DNA of 64,000 nt from positions 1,280,001 through 1,344,000 of the forward strand of contig CAVOFT010000001.1 in assembly GCA_963695095.1 (NCBI GenBank), given 5' to 3'. This document shows positions 1 to 10,971 of the stretch, piece by piece (position 1 is the stretch's first letter; the number at the start of each line of letters is the position of its first letter). The position numbers and the translations under genes were made by a program. Source of the stretch: an uncultured bacterium (GTDB lineage Bacteria > Krumholzibacteriota > Krumholzibacteriia > JACNKJ01). A model generated the notes under the pieces. It was given only the letters and a program-made list of their open reading frames with translations, had not been told where the DNA came from and searched no databases.

Positions 1-174
1 CTTCAGGGCCGCCGGCTGCGCACGCTCGTGGCTGGGCCGCGGGCGGCAGGCGCGCACACCGCCGCCTGGGACGGCCGCGACGAAGCGGGCACGGCCGTCG
101 CCAGCGGGGTCTACTTCGCGCGTCTCTCCGCGGCGGGCGAGCAGAGGCTGCACAAGCTACTCCTTCTCAAGTGA
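1..174 (+). CDS. 3' end of a secreted protein with FlgD-Ig/T9SS-like C-terminal sorting domain (partial)
   Basis: Frame 1 translates LQGRRLRTLVAGPRAAGAHTAAWDGRDEAGTAVASGVYFARLSAAGEQRLHKLLLLK*, the GRxVRTL...WDGRD...SGVYF...KLLLLK pattern; TGA at 172-174. Confidence 0.85.
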   Translation, partial: LQGRRLRTLVAGPRAAGAHTAAWDGRDEAGTAVASGVYFARLSAAGEQRLHKLLLLK

Positions 175-299
175 AGGCGGGAGTCCTGGACTTGCCTCGC
201 CGCGAATGCTAGATTCCCCGCGTTCTTGCGGACCCACCTCTGCACATCCCTGCGCAGCCAAAGACTTGGAGCCGATGCTCGACGACCCTGGAGGGTGAT

Positions 300-3200
300 G
301 TGAAGCAATGCCTGCCCCTGCTTCCTGCCCTGCTCCTCGCCGTTGGCCTGGCCGCGCCCGCGGCAGGCGCCGGGTCCGCGGGCACGGCCTTGCCCAGCCC
401 GCTACCGCCGGCTGCCGAGGTCTTGCAGAGCGACGCTGCGGGCCTCAGCCTCGTCCTGCGCTTTGCGCCGGAGGCCTTCCGCAGCACGGACGAAGGCCTC
501 TACCTCGAACTCCCCGGCTGCGCGCTCGAGAGCGCCGATCCCGGGAATCCCCGCGCCGCCGGTGCGCCCATGCTGCCCGTCTGGCGGGGATTGGTCGCCC
601 TGCCGCCGGGCATGGAGGCGCGCCTGGACTGGCGCGTCGTGGCGAGCGAGGCCGTCGCCGGCCAGCCGCTGCCCTTTCCCACGCCAAGGGCCGTTCCCGC
701 GGGCGAGGACTTCCTCTTCAACGAGGAGCTGATTCCCGATGCGAGGGCCTTCGCGCGCGCCTACCCGATCGCCGCGCGCCTGGGCGAGCCCCACTGGCTG
801 CGCGACCAGCGCGTTGTCGAACTCGTGGTGACGCCACTGGGCTTCGGGCCGGAGCGCGGCCTGACCCTGGCCCGCGAACTGCGCGTGGACCTCAGCTTCC
901 GCGGCGCCGCCGCGGAGCGGGCGGCGACGGCGAGCCGCGAGGCGCCGCGCCGTCTTGATCGGCAGTGGCCGCGCCTCTATGCGGGGGCCTTGCTCAATCC
1001 CGGGCCGGCCGCCGGCTGGCGCCAGCGCATTCCCGCGCGCTTCGGCGTGGCCGCCGGGCGCGGCGCCCGCGCCGCGGCGAAGCTCAAGCTGCTCACGAGC
1101 GAGGATGGCCTGTACGCCGTCGGCGGCGATAGCCTCATCGCGCGGGGCATCCCGGCCGGCACGCCGCTGGCCGACATCGCCCTCTACCGGCAGCGCCTCG
1201 ACTGGGATGGCGGCGGTCAGCCCGTCTTCAGCGAGATCGCCGAGACCGCGCTACTTCCTCGACGCGGACGGCGATGGCGCACTGGATCCTGCCGACCGGC
1301 TGGTATTCCTCGGCTGGCGTCAGCGGCACGCGCCGGACAGCCTGGATCCCATCGAGTGGTACGGCCGCGCCAATGCCTACTTCGTGGCCGTGGCGCCCGA
1401 ACTGGCGAGCGCGATGCCCACCGAGACAGCCTGGTCGGCGGCGGGCGCCTGGCCCCTGCGTCCGGCCTTCAAGCGCAGGCTCTGGCAGCAGGGCGAGCAG
1501 GCCTTCCATCAGGCGCCGCCCAACTGGTTCTACAACGGGGTCAACCTCGAGACCTGGGACGACAACCTCTACTACTGGACCCAGCCCCTCGCGCCCGAGG
1601 GCTATGTCCTGCGCATTCCGCTGGCCACGCCGGCGGCCCTGGCCGACAGCATCGCGACGCTCAAGCTGCAGTTCCAGGGCGCCTCGCGCTCGGCCCTGGA
1701 CGGGGTCCGCAACTTCAGCGTCAACCTGGTGGGCGGCGGCGGCTTGCACGCTGCCTCCTGTACAGGTCACCTTCCACGACACGATCGACTACGAGGCCAC
1801 CGTTCCTGCCGGCTGCCTGTCTGCCGCCGGCAACACCCTCGTCGATCGATCGCACCGATGGCACCCAGTTCCGCACCTACGTCAAGTGACTACGACCTCG
1901 CCTACAGCTCGGCCTACGCCGTGCGCGAGGACAGCCTCTACTTCCACGCCGACGGCGCGAGCGGCCCTGCCGAAATCCGCGTCGGCGGCCTCACCAGCGA
2001 CAGGGGCGGCTGGCAGCTCCTGCGCCTGGCGAACGGCCAGCCCACGCGCGTGACGCTGGCGCCGGAGAACCAGGCGGGCGCGGCCGGCGCCTACGAGCTG
2101 CGCCTGCGCCGCGATCTCGCCGGCGGCGAATCCTGGTGGTTGGCCGATGCCACGCGCCTGCGCGCGCCGGCGATCGCCACGCCCGCCGACATCGGCGTGC
2201 TCGCCGAGACGTCCCCGCGCGATGTGCTGGTCATCGCCCACGACAGCTTCGCGGCCGGCATGCAGCGCTGGATCGATCGCCGCGAGGATGAGGGCTACGC
2301 CGTCCGCTTGCTCAAGGCCTCCGAGGTCTGGGACGCCTTCTACGGCGGTGTCCGCGGTCCGATCGGCCTGCGCAATGCCGCGCGCTTCGCCTACCAGCAG
2401 TGGGGCTGCGAGGCCCTGCTGCTCGTCGGCGACGCGAGCAAGGATGCCCGGGGCCTCAGTCCTGACGCCATGCCCGATTTCCTCCCCGTGCATTCCAAGC
2501 ACGAATACGTGGGCGTCGACGAGCTGGTGGCGCTCGAGGAGTGGGTGGTCAAGTGGAACTGGAACGACTGGCCGGCGATGCTGATGGGCCGCCTGCCCGT
2601 CGGCAATGCGGCCGAGCTGGAGATCATCCTCGACAAGATGGAGTGCTTCGAGGGCGGCTGCGAGCCGGACGGCGCCTGGCGCCGGCGCTTCCTGCTCGGC
2701 GCCGACGACTGCTGGGTCTGGGACGAGCCCGGGGACATCGTCTACTGCCGCGACGGCGAGCGGCAATTCGAGATCCGCGTCACCGCGATGCGGCACCTCT
2801 TCGACGACGCCTGGGTAGGGGATCTCGCGGCCGTGCCCTACAACTTGAGCGCCCAGACCAACACCTGGTATGCCGAGCACAGTCCCGTCTACCCGACCGA
2901 GCTCGAGACGCTGCTCAGGCCCATCGTCTCGCCCGTCTTCATCGACTCGCTCAGCCAGGGCTACCTGTGGGCTTCGATCCAGAGCCACGCCAATCGCGGC
3001 CAGCTTTGCCACGAGCTCATCTTCAAGACAGCCGCCGGCGGTCACGACCAGGACTTCCTGACCAACGGCAACCGCCCCTTCTTCTGGGCGCTCTTCGGCT
3101 GTCACGGCAACGAGTTCGCGGCCTATAACGAGGAAAAGAGCAACGTCGGCGACTGCATGGGCGAGCGCCTGCTCTTCACCAATCCCCCTGGCTATCCCAA

Positions 3201-4401
3201 CGCCGGCGCCGTGGCCAGCTACGCCAGCGACGGCTTCGAGTACCTCTTTCCGAACTTGCGCTGGCAGCAGGACTGGCACGAGATCATGGTCAGCGCCACG
3301 GATCCGGACGGGGTCATGGCTGTCTTCCCCGCCTGGCGGGCGGGCGAACTGCAGATGCTGGCCGAGCTGCGCTTCGGCGACAAGGAGGCCAGCTACCGCA
3401 CGCACCTGCTCGGGGATCCTCTGCTGCGCCTCGATGCCGGCGCGCCGCGCCTGCGGCTCTTCGTCAACGAGCAGGAGATGCGGCCGGACGACTTCGTGCC
3501 GCCCCAGGTGACGGGCGATACCCTGCGCATCGAGGCCCTGGTCTGGGACGAAACCTATCTGGCCGCGCTCTCGCTCAGTGACTCCGCGCGCGCGGCCATC
3601 CCCTTCACCGCCACTGCCGGCCTTCAGCGCCGAGGCCAGCTTCCCCCTGGACAGCCTGGCGCCTTTCGACACCACGGCCGTCGCCGCCGGCGGCCGCGGC
3701 CGCGCCTGGCACCTGTCGGCGCGCGTTCCCTATAGCTTCGGCATGGACGCGCTGGTCCTCGCCGCGCGGGATATCGCCGGCCGGGAAGCGGAGTTCTCGC
3801 TGCCCGTGCCCAAGCGCGTGAACTTCTACCTGGCGGACGCGCCGCTGCGGGCGGGGCAATGGATCCGGCCCAGCGGCACCTTGCGCATCGACATCCTCGT
3901 GCCCTCGCCGGAGATCCTGCCCGACCGCTTCGCCCTCCTCGTCGACGGCGAGTCGAGCAGTCTCGGCGCGGCAGCCACGGACGTCGACGACCCTGCACCG
4001 GATGGAGCTGCCCTATGCCTGGGCGGCCGGCGAGCACCGGCTCACGGTGCTGCTCGACGGCGAGGAGTACGGGGGCATCCAGCTGCGGGTGGACAATCGC
4101 ACCCGCCTGCTGGCCGGCCGCATCTTTCCCAACCCGTTCCGGAACGCCGTCACCTTCCACTTCGAGTTGACGAACGGCATCCGGGCAGGGCACGCTCAGC
4201 ATCTACACGCTGAGCGGCCGCCGTGTCTTTCGTCGCGAGCTGGGCGGTCTGGCGGAGGGCGCCACCCAGGTGGTTGCCTGGGACGGACTGGACGGCACCG
4301 GCAGCAAGATCGCCAACGGCGTCTACATCGCGCGGCTGGCCCTCACGGATCTGAGCGGCGAGCAGGTGATCTGGGAGGACAAGGTCGTCCGCATGCGCTA
4401 G
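300..4401 (+). CDS. C25 (gingipain/PorU-like) cysteine peptidase with signal peptide, propeptide and C-terminal FlgD/T9SS-like domain; split by about 7 frameshifts
   Basis: Signal peptide and propeptide (GAPMLPV...ALPPG, LRDQRVVELVVTP) in ORF 300. C25 core in ORF 955 (DVLVIAHDSF, EVWDAFYGG, LLLVGDAS, MGRLPV, QSHAN, FGCHGNEF, LLGDP). Tail IFPNPF...IYTLSGRRV...WDGLDGTGSKIANGVYIARL...KVVRMR* ends with TAG 4399-4401. Confidence 0.75.
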
Positions 4402-4424
4402 GGGAGCGGCTGGGCTTGAATCCG

Positions 4425-5819
4425 ATGCTGAGGAACTTCCTCTCGCTCGCCCTGGGGCGCTACCTCTCCATCGCCATCGGCGCCGTGGTGATCGTGCTCA
4501 TGGGCCGCGCCCTGTCCGTGGCGGACTACGGGCGCTTCTTTGCGGCCCTGGCGGCCGCCGAGCTGTTCGCGGCCGTGCTCGACCTCGGCCTCAACCGCAT
4601 CCTGCTCAAGGAGGGTTCGGCGGCCAAGGAGCGCACCGGCGCGCACCTCTTCAACATCCTGCTCATCAAGGCCGGCCTCACGGTGCTGATGCTGGCCGGC
4701 ATGCAGGTCTACGCCGGGCACCAAGGGCCGCTCTACGCCCTCGTCATGCTGCTGGCCTTGACCAAGGTGGCCGACAACATCGCCATCACCTTCGATGCGG
4801 TGTTCCAGATCCATCAGCGCATGGAGTTCTCCGCGGCCATTCTCGTGCTCTCGCGGCTGGTGCTGCTGGCCGTCGTGATCTTCGGTTGGCGGGACCAGGC
4901 GGGACTGCTCTACTTCGCCTGGGCCTACCTGGCGGTCAGTGGGATCAGCGCCCTGCTCACCGCCTCGGCCAGCGGGCGCTTCGCGCCGCCGCGGCGCGGA
5001 CCGATCGGCTGGCGCGAAACGGTGGGTCGTGAGGGACTCTTCTTCGCCCTGTCCAGCCTGCTCGCGATGGCGGCCACGCGCATGGACATGGTCGTGCTCA
5101 AGGAGGCTGTCGATGAGCACAGCCTCGGCCTTTATGCGCCGCCCTCGCGGATCCTCGTCGTCTTCCAGGTCCTCCCGCTGGTGCTGCAGACGGCGGTGTT
5201 GCCCGAGCTCTTCCGCCTCGGCCGCCAGGATCGCGCGGGGCTGGGTCCCTTCTACAGCCGATACTTCCAGCGCTCGCTGCTGCTCGCGCTCTTCCCCCTG
5301 CTCTGGACCCTGCTCTTCGCCGATGCCATTCTCGGCCGGCTGTGGGGTGCCGCCTACCTGCCCGGCGTGCCCTGGCTGCGCTGGCTGATCTGGCTGCTGC
5401 CCCTGCGCTTCGTCGGCTTCGCGGCGGGCAACGTGCTCACGGCGCTCGATCGCCAGTGGCAGCGCACGCTGCAGCAGGCAATCGGCGTGGCGGCGAGTCT
5501 CGGCCTGATGCTCTGGCTCGTGCCGGCGCGCGGTATCGAGGGAGCCATTCTGGCGCTTCTGATCGGCGAAGGGCTTGCTGCAGTGCTCAGCCTGCTGGCG
5601 GCGGGCCGCCACGGATATCGGCCCGACCTGCTGCCCACCCTGCGCATCCTGGCCAGCGGCCTCCTCGCCGCTGCCGCCCTGCTGGTCCTGAGGCGCCTGC
5701 TGCCGCTGGGCTTCGTTGGCGGCCTGGCGGCTACCGGTGCGGTGGTGGCCAGCGCCCTGCTCGCCGTGCGCGCGGCCTCGCTCGCCGAGCTCCGCGGCCT
5801 CCTGCAACGGCGAAGCTAG
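4425..5819 (+). CDS. Wzx-like polysaccharide/oligosaccharide flippase
   Basis: MLRNFLSLALGR..., multi-TM protein with DLGLNRILLKE, FQIHQRME and RMDMVVL...LGLY motifs typical of MOP-superfamily flippases. Confidence 0.85.
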   Translation: MLRNFLSLALGRYLSIAIGAVVIVLMGRALSVADYGRFFAALAAAELFAAVLDLGLNRILLKEGSAAKERTGAHLFNILLIKAGLTVLMLAGMQVYAGHQGPLYALVMLLALTKVADNIAITFDAVFQIHQRMEFSAAILVLSRLVLLAVVIFGWRDQAGLLYFAWAYLAVSGISALLTASASGRFAPPRRGPIGWRETVGREGLFFALSSLLAMAATRMDMVVLKEAVDEHSLGLYAPPSRILVVFQVLPLVLQTAVLPELFRLGRQDRAGLGPFYSRYFQRSLLLALFPLLWTLLFADAILGRLWGAAYLPGVPWLRWLIWLLPLRFVGFAAGNVLTALDRQWQRTLQQAIGVAASLGLMLWLVPARGIEGAILALLIGEGLAAVLSLLAAGRHGYRPDLLPTLRILASGLLAAAALLVLRRLLPLGFVGGLAATGAVVASALLAVRAASLAELRGLLQRRS

Positions 5820-5882
5820 ACGGGCCTCAGTTCGTCCGACAGCGCCTGTGAAGCGGCGCTGTCGGACGAACTGAGGCCCGTC
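5819..5882. repeat. Perfect 28-bp inverted repeat with 8-nt loop between convergent genes
   Basis: GACGGGCCTCAGTTCGTCCGACAGCGCC (5819-5846), loop TGTGAAGC, exact reverse complement at 5855-5882. Confidence 0.9.
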
Positions 5883-5926
5883 CGGATTCCACCGCAGCCG
5901 GATGCCGCGGCGCTCGGCGAGCGCGG

Positions 5927-7293
5927 TTACTCGGTCCGCAGCGTGTAGGTCAGCACCGCCTCGCCCTTGGCGGCCACCGGCACCGTGAAGATGACCTGGC
6001 GGCTCGAGCGCTTCTCGTGCTTGTGCGAGGCCTCGCGCACGCTCCACTCCTGCCAGGCTGGCACGTCCTCGATGACCTCGACGCTGAGGGCGGCGTCCTT
6101 GTGATTGCGCAGCGTGATCTGGAAGCTGCGCGAGATGATCTCGTTGCCCCGCCGGTCGATGGCCGTCTGAATGCGCTCGCCGCGGATATCGAAGGCGTCG
6201 CCGAGCTTCAGGCGCACGCGCTCGCCGGTGGGCGTGTGGGAGATCTCGTCCTCGCCGGCGAACTGGAGCTGGCCGCCGGCGTCGGCCTGGTAGACGCGCA
6301 CGGTGCCCTTGGGCAGCGGCATGCCGGCGCCGCTGGCTGCTTCTCGTTGGCGAACTCCATGGTGACGGCCACCGCCCGCGCTTCGGCGTCCTCCTGCCAG
6401 CTGTTGGAGCGGAAGACGTACTTGCGCGGCGGCCTTGATGCCCGCCGCTCGCAGCAGCTCCACCTGCTTCTGCTCGTTGTCGAGCACGGTAGTGCTGCGG
6501 CCCAGGGTGTAGAGGTGGTACTCGAAGAACTGCTCCTCGGCGAAGCCACTGCCGTCGCGGCGCGGACAGGGCCATCATCTCCTGGCCCTTGGCCATGGGC
6601 AGCGAAGGCCGCGGCACGCGGTTGACGTCGCCGGCCACCAGCTTGAGCCGGGCGTCGGCGTAGCTCTTGCCGCTGCGGTTGTCCAGGGTCACCCAGCCGG
6701 TGAGGTCGAGCTCGTCGTTCGCTGGCCCACGACGGCCACGTAGTCGGCGCGCCAGTTGATGCCCTCGCTGAGGTAGGACAGCTCGACGTCGTGCTTGCCG
6801 GCCTTGTCGGCGTCCAGCCGCCAGACCAGGCTGGGTTCCAGCAGCAGGCCCTCCGGCAGGGCGGGCAGCACGAAGCCCTCGATGTGGATGGCGCCGTCGA
6901 TTTCGAGGATGCGACCGAGCGGCTGGCTCTCGGTGGGATTGCCTGCGGCGAGCAGGCGGACGCTCCGCCAGCTCGCCGTCCACCAGCGCGCGCACCTGCT
7001 GGCCGCGGTAGCGCTCGAGCAGGCAGCCGCGGTCCAGCAGGTCGTAGCGGTAGTTCTGCTCGAGCACCTGCGTGCCCTCGGGATCGCGCAGGCTGCGGAA
7101 GTGCACGGTCTCCGGCAGCAGGCGTGCGGGGACGCCGGTGTAGGTGTACTCCTGGACGCCGCGCGCAAGTTCGATGCTGCGCAGTTCTTTCACGAGGGCG
7201 AGATCGTTGTTGTAGACGGTGAGCTCGATCGCCGTCTCCGCGCCGGCAGTGGACGCGACCAAGAGCAGTGCGACTGCGCGTACGATTCTTCAT
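5927..7293 (-). CDS. DUF4139-family exported protein, frameshifted
   Basis: Pieces across frames: MKNRTR...AETAIELTVYNNDLALVKELR, VLEQNYRYDL, LSYLSEGINWRADY, GWVTLDNRSG...LKLVAGDVNRV, FFEYHLYTL, GMPLPKGTVRVY...GEDEISHTP...LGDAFDI. Confidence 0.75.
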
Positions 7294-7441
7294 CGGATAC
7301 CTCTGGGTCGGTGGTGACTGGGATCCTAGCCGCCGCGCGCCGCGGGAGCAAGGACAAGCGGCGGCGGGCATCTGCGCGCTTGACGGCCGCGACGCGCCTG
7401 ATGTTTACCTGCATTGTCGGTACTCACCGCTGCGAGGCGCC

Positions 7442-9191
7442 ATGCTGCTGCACTGGCTCGATCTGCTGGTCATCGTCCTCTACATGGCGATCATGCTGTG
7501 GCTGGGCCTGCTCTACAGCCGCCGGGCGGGCCGCAACACCAGCGAGTTCTTTCTCAGCGGGCGCCGCCTGCCCTGGATTCTGGCGGGCACCTCGATGGCG
7601 GCCACCACCTTCGCGAGCGACACGCCGCTCGTGGTGACGGAATTCGTGCGCACGCATGGCATCGCCGGCAACTGGGTCTGGTTCAACTTCGCCATCAGCC
7701 ATCTCGTCACCACGTTCTTCCTGGCCAGGCTGTGGCGGCGCAGCGGCGTCACCACCGACGTGGAGTTCTGCGAGCTGCGCTACGGCGGCCGCGGCGCGGC
7801 CGGGCTCCGACTCTGTTCAAGGGGCTCTTCTACGCCTTCGTCACCAACGTCATCGTGCTCGGCTGGGTGATCCTGGCCACGACGGCCATCGCCGGCGCCT
7901 TCGGCGTGCCCAAGCTGGTCACCCTGGCCGGCTGCATCCTGCTGGCGAGCCTCTACGCCAGCGTGGCCGGGCTGTGGGGGGTCGTCGTCACCGACCTCCT
8001 GCAGTTCGTCGTCGCCATGACCGGCGCCGTGATCCTGGCCGTGCGCGTGCTGCAGGCCGAAGGCGGCCTCGCCGCCTTGCGCCTGCGCTTGCCGCAGCTT
8101 CTGGATGCTGCGGGCGAACCGGCGGCGCGCCTCGCCCCGCTCACCCGCCACTTCGACTGGGCGAGCCCGGGCTTCCGCGGCGCCTTCATGGGCTTCGCCG
8201 TGGCGGTGCTCGTGCAGTGGTGGAGCTGGAAGTACTCCGACGGCGGCGGCGTGCTCGTCCAACGCATGAACGCCAGCCGCGACGAACGGCACAGCTTGCT
8301 TGCCACGCTCTGGTTCACCCTGCTCACCTATGCGGTGCGCCCCTGGCCCTGGTTCCTCGTCGCGCTGGCGAGCCTCTGGGTCTTCCCGGAGCGCACGGAC
8401 CACAAGGCCGTCTATCCGGCGATGATGATCAAGTACCTGAGTCCCGGCTTGCTCGGCCTCATGCTGGCGGCGATGCTCGCCGCCTTCATGAGCACGATCG
8501 ACACGCACATGAACCTGGCGGCGAGCTACTTCGTGCACGATGTCTATCGCCGCTTCTGGCGGCGCCGCGAGAGCGAGCAGCACTACGTGGCCGTGGCCCG
8601 CGCGATGAGCATCCTGGTGATCGTCCTCGGCAGCCTGGTCGCCTGGCAGAGCCGCTCGATCAGCTACCTGTTCGTCTTCCTGCTGCAGCTCGTGGCCGGG
8701 GCCGGCGCCGTCTTCCTGCTGCGCTGGTTCTGGTGGCGCATCAACGCCTGGACCGAGATCAGCGCCATGCTGGCGAGCCTGAGCATCGCCTCCCTGCTCA
8801 ACCTGGCGAACGCCACAGCTGGCTGGCGCACCGCTTCGAGGTCTGGGAGATCTTCCTCATCAATGTCGGCCTCTCCGGCGCCGTGTGGCTGGCCGTCACC
8901 TTCGCCACGCGCCCGGACGGCGAGGAGCACCTGCGCGCCTTCGTCGCCCGCACCCGCCCGCCCGGGCTGTGGCCGGCGCGCTTCTGGCCGGAGGGGGTGC
9001 GCCGGCCCCTGGGCGTGAGCGCCGGCCGGGCCTGGCTCAACGTGCTGGCCGGGGTCGGCCTCATCTATGGGCTACTTTTCGGCATCGGCCAGGCCTTCTT
9101 CGGCCGCCCCCTGCAGGCTGGCCTGCTGCTGGCGGCCGCGCTGGCGGGCGCGCTCTGGCTGGCATTCAGCCTGCGCCGGGAGCGGGCCTGA
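7442..9191 (+). CDS. Sodium:solute symporter (SSS) family transporter, frameshifts near 7815 and 8815
   Basis: EFFLSGRRLPW...GTSMAATTFASDTPL, GLWGVVVTDLLQF, AAFMSTIDTHMN, LRWFWWRINAW motifs. Confidence 0.85.
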
Positions 9192-9248
9192 ACTTGACAC
9201 GGCGGCCCGCTGCCCGCCGCCGGTCACGCGCAAGGAGGATTCGTTCGC

Positions 9249-10949
9249 GTGGGTATCGTCGCTGACATCTCCCTGATCGTCGTTTGCGGCCTGGCCCTCG
9301 GTGCCCTCGCGCATCGGCTGGGCCAGCCCGTGCTGCTGGGCTACATTGCTGCCGGCATCCTGCTCGGCCCGCACACAGGCGGCCTCTCCGTGTCGGCGCC
9401 CGAGGAGATCGAGTTGCTCGCCGAGATCGGCGTCGCCCTCTTGCTCTTCGCCATCGGGATCGAGTTCTCCTTCTCGGCGCTGCGCGCCGTGCAACGAATC
9501 GCCGTCTTCGGCACGGCGCTGCAGCTGTTGCTCACGATGGCCCTCGGCGCGGCGCTCGGGCGGACTCTCGGCTGGTCGCCGGTCGCGGCGGTCTGGTTCG
9601 GGGCCCTGATTTCGGTATCGAGCACGATGGTCGTGTTGCGGGTCCTGGTCAGCGGCGGCTTCCTGGGCACGCTCTCCAGTCGCGCCATGCTGGGTATGCT
9701 CATCGTCCAGGATCTCGCCGTCGTGCCCTTGATGATCATCCTGCCCCAGCTCGGCAAGGCGGGCGCCGATCCCAGCCAGGTGCTGCTGGCTATCGGCCGC
9801 GCCGCGCTCTTTCTCGCCCTGCTCGTCCCCGCGGCGATCCGCCTGGTGCCCTGGCTGATGGGCCAGGCGGCCGGCTGGCGCTCGCGAGAGCTCTTCGTGC
9901 TCATGGTGGTGGCCCTGGGCCTCGGCATCGGCTACCTGAGCCACCTGGCCGGGCTCTCCTATGCGCTGGGCGCCTTCATCGCCGGGCTCGTCCTCAGCGA
10001 GTCCGAGTACGGCCACCAGGCCCTCAGCGACGTCATTCCCCTGCGCGATCTGTTCGGGCTGCTCTTCTTCGCCTCCGTGGGGATGCTCTTCGATCCCCGC
10101 TTCTTCGCCGCCCATCTGCGCGAGCTGGCCCTCATCGTCCTGGCGGTCATCGCGGGCAAAGGTCTCATCTTCGCTGGCCTCGCCCGTCTCTTCGGCTATC
10201 GCAACGTGGTGCCGCTGGCGATGGGTCTGGGCCTGGCCCAGATCGGCGAGTTCTCCTTCCTGCTCGCTCAACTCGGCCTCGAGACGGGCGGCATCGATGA
10301 GGAGCTCTTCTCGCTCACGCTGTCCACCGCGCTGGTGACGATGGCGCTGACGCCCTACCTCAGCCAGGCCACGGTGCCGCTCTACGAGCGCTGGCAGCGG
10401 CGGCGACGTCCCGCGGGCGAGACCGCTGCGCCCTTGCCCGCGCCGCTCGATCCCGCCGCGCGGCCGGTGCTGATCGCCGGCGCCGGGCGCGTGGGCCAGC
10501 GGGTGGCGGCGATTCTCGCCGACGAGGGGCTGCCCTTCTGCCTGATCGACTTCGACCAGCACCGCATCGCGGAGGCGCGCGCGCGCAGCTGGCCGGCCGT
10601 CTTCGGCGATGCCGCCCAGGCGCCCGTGCTCGCGGCGGCGGGTCTGGCCAATGCGCGGCTGGCCATGATCACGCTTCCCTCGGCGGTGGGTGTCCAGTCC
10701 GTGGCGGCTCGCCTGCGCGAGCTGGCGCCGGCGCTCACTGTCGTCGCCCGCAGCGAGGGCCGGGCGGCAGGGGCGGCGCTGGCGCGCCTGGGCGTCATCC
10801 ACGTGGTGGAGCCCGAACTGGAGGCCGCCCTGGAAATGTCTCGCCAGGCCCTCGTCCACCTGGATGTCGAGCCGGCGCGCATCCAGCGCTTCCTCGATGC
10901 GACGCGGCGCGAGCACTACGGCGACCGCGGCGAAGCGCCCCCCGGCTAG
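9249..10949 (+). CDS. CPA2 cation:proton antiporter with C-terminal TrkA-N/RCK domain (YbaL/Kef-like)
   Basis: LGYIAAGILLGP, AEIGVALLLFAIGIEFS, ISVSST, LIVQDL, LAQIGEFSF; C-terminal IAGAGRVG and FGDA. Confidence 0.9.
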   Translation: MGIVADISLIVVCGLALGALAHRLGQPVLLGYIAAGILLGPHTGGLSVSAPEEIELLAEIGVALLLFAIGIEFSFSALRAVQRIAVFGTALQLLLTMALGAALGRTLGWSPVAAVWFGALISVSSTMVVLRVLVSGGFLGTLSSRAMLGMLIVQDLAVVPLMIILPQLGKAGADPSQVLLAIGRAALFLALLVPAAIRLVPWLMGQAAGWRSRELFVLMVVALGLGIGYLSHLAGLSYALGAFIAGLVLSESEYGHQALSDVIPLRDLFGLLFFASVGMLFDPRFFAAHLRELALIVLAVIAGKGLIFAGLARLFGYRNVVPLAMGLGLAQIGEFSFLLAQLGLETGGIDEELFSLTLSTALVTMALTPYLSQATVPLYERWQRRRRPAGETAAPLPAPLDPAARPVLIAGAGRVGQRVAAILADEGLPFCLIDFDQHRIAEARARSWPAVFGDAAQAPVLAAAGLANARLAMITLPSAVGVQSVAARLRELAPALTVVARSEGRAAGAALARLGVIHVVEPELEAALEMSRQALVHLDVEPARIQRFLDATRREHYGDRGEAPPG

Positions 10950-10971
10950 GCGCGCAGCCGCTGCGCTACCG

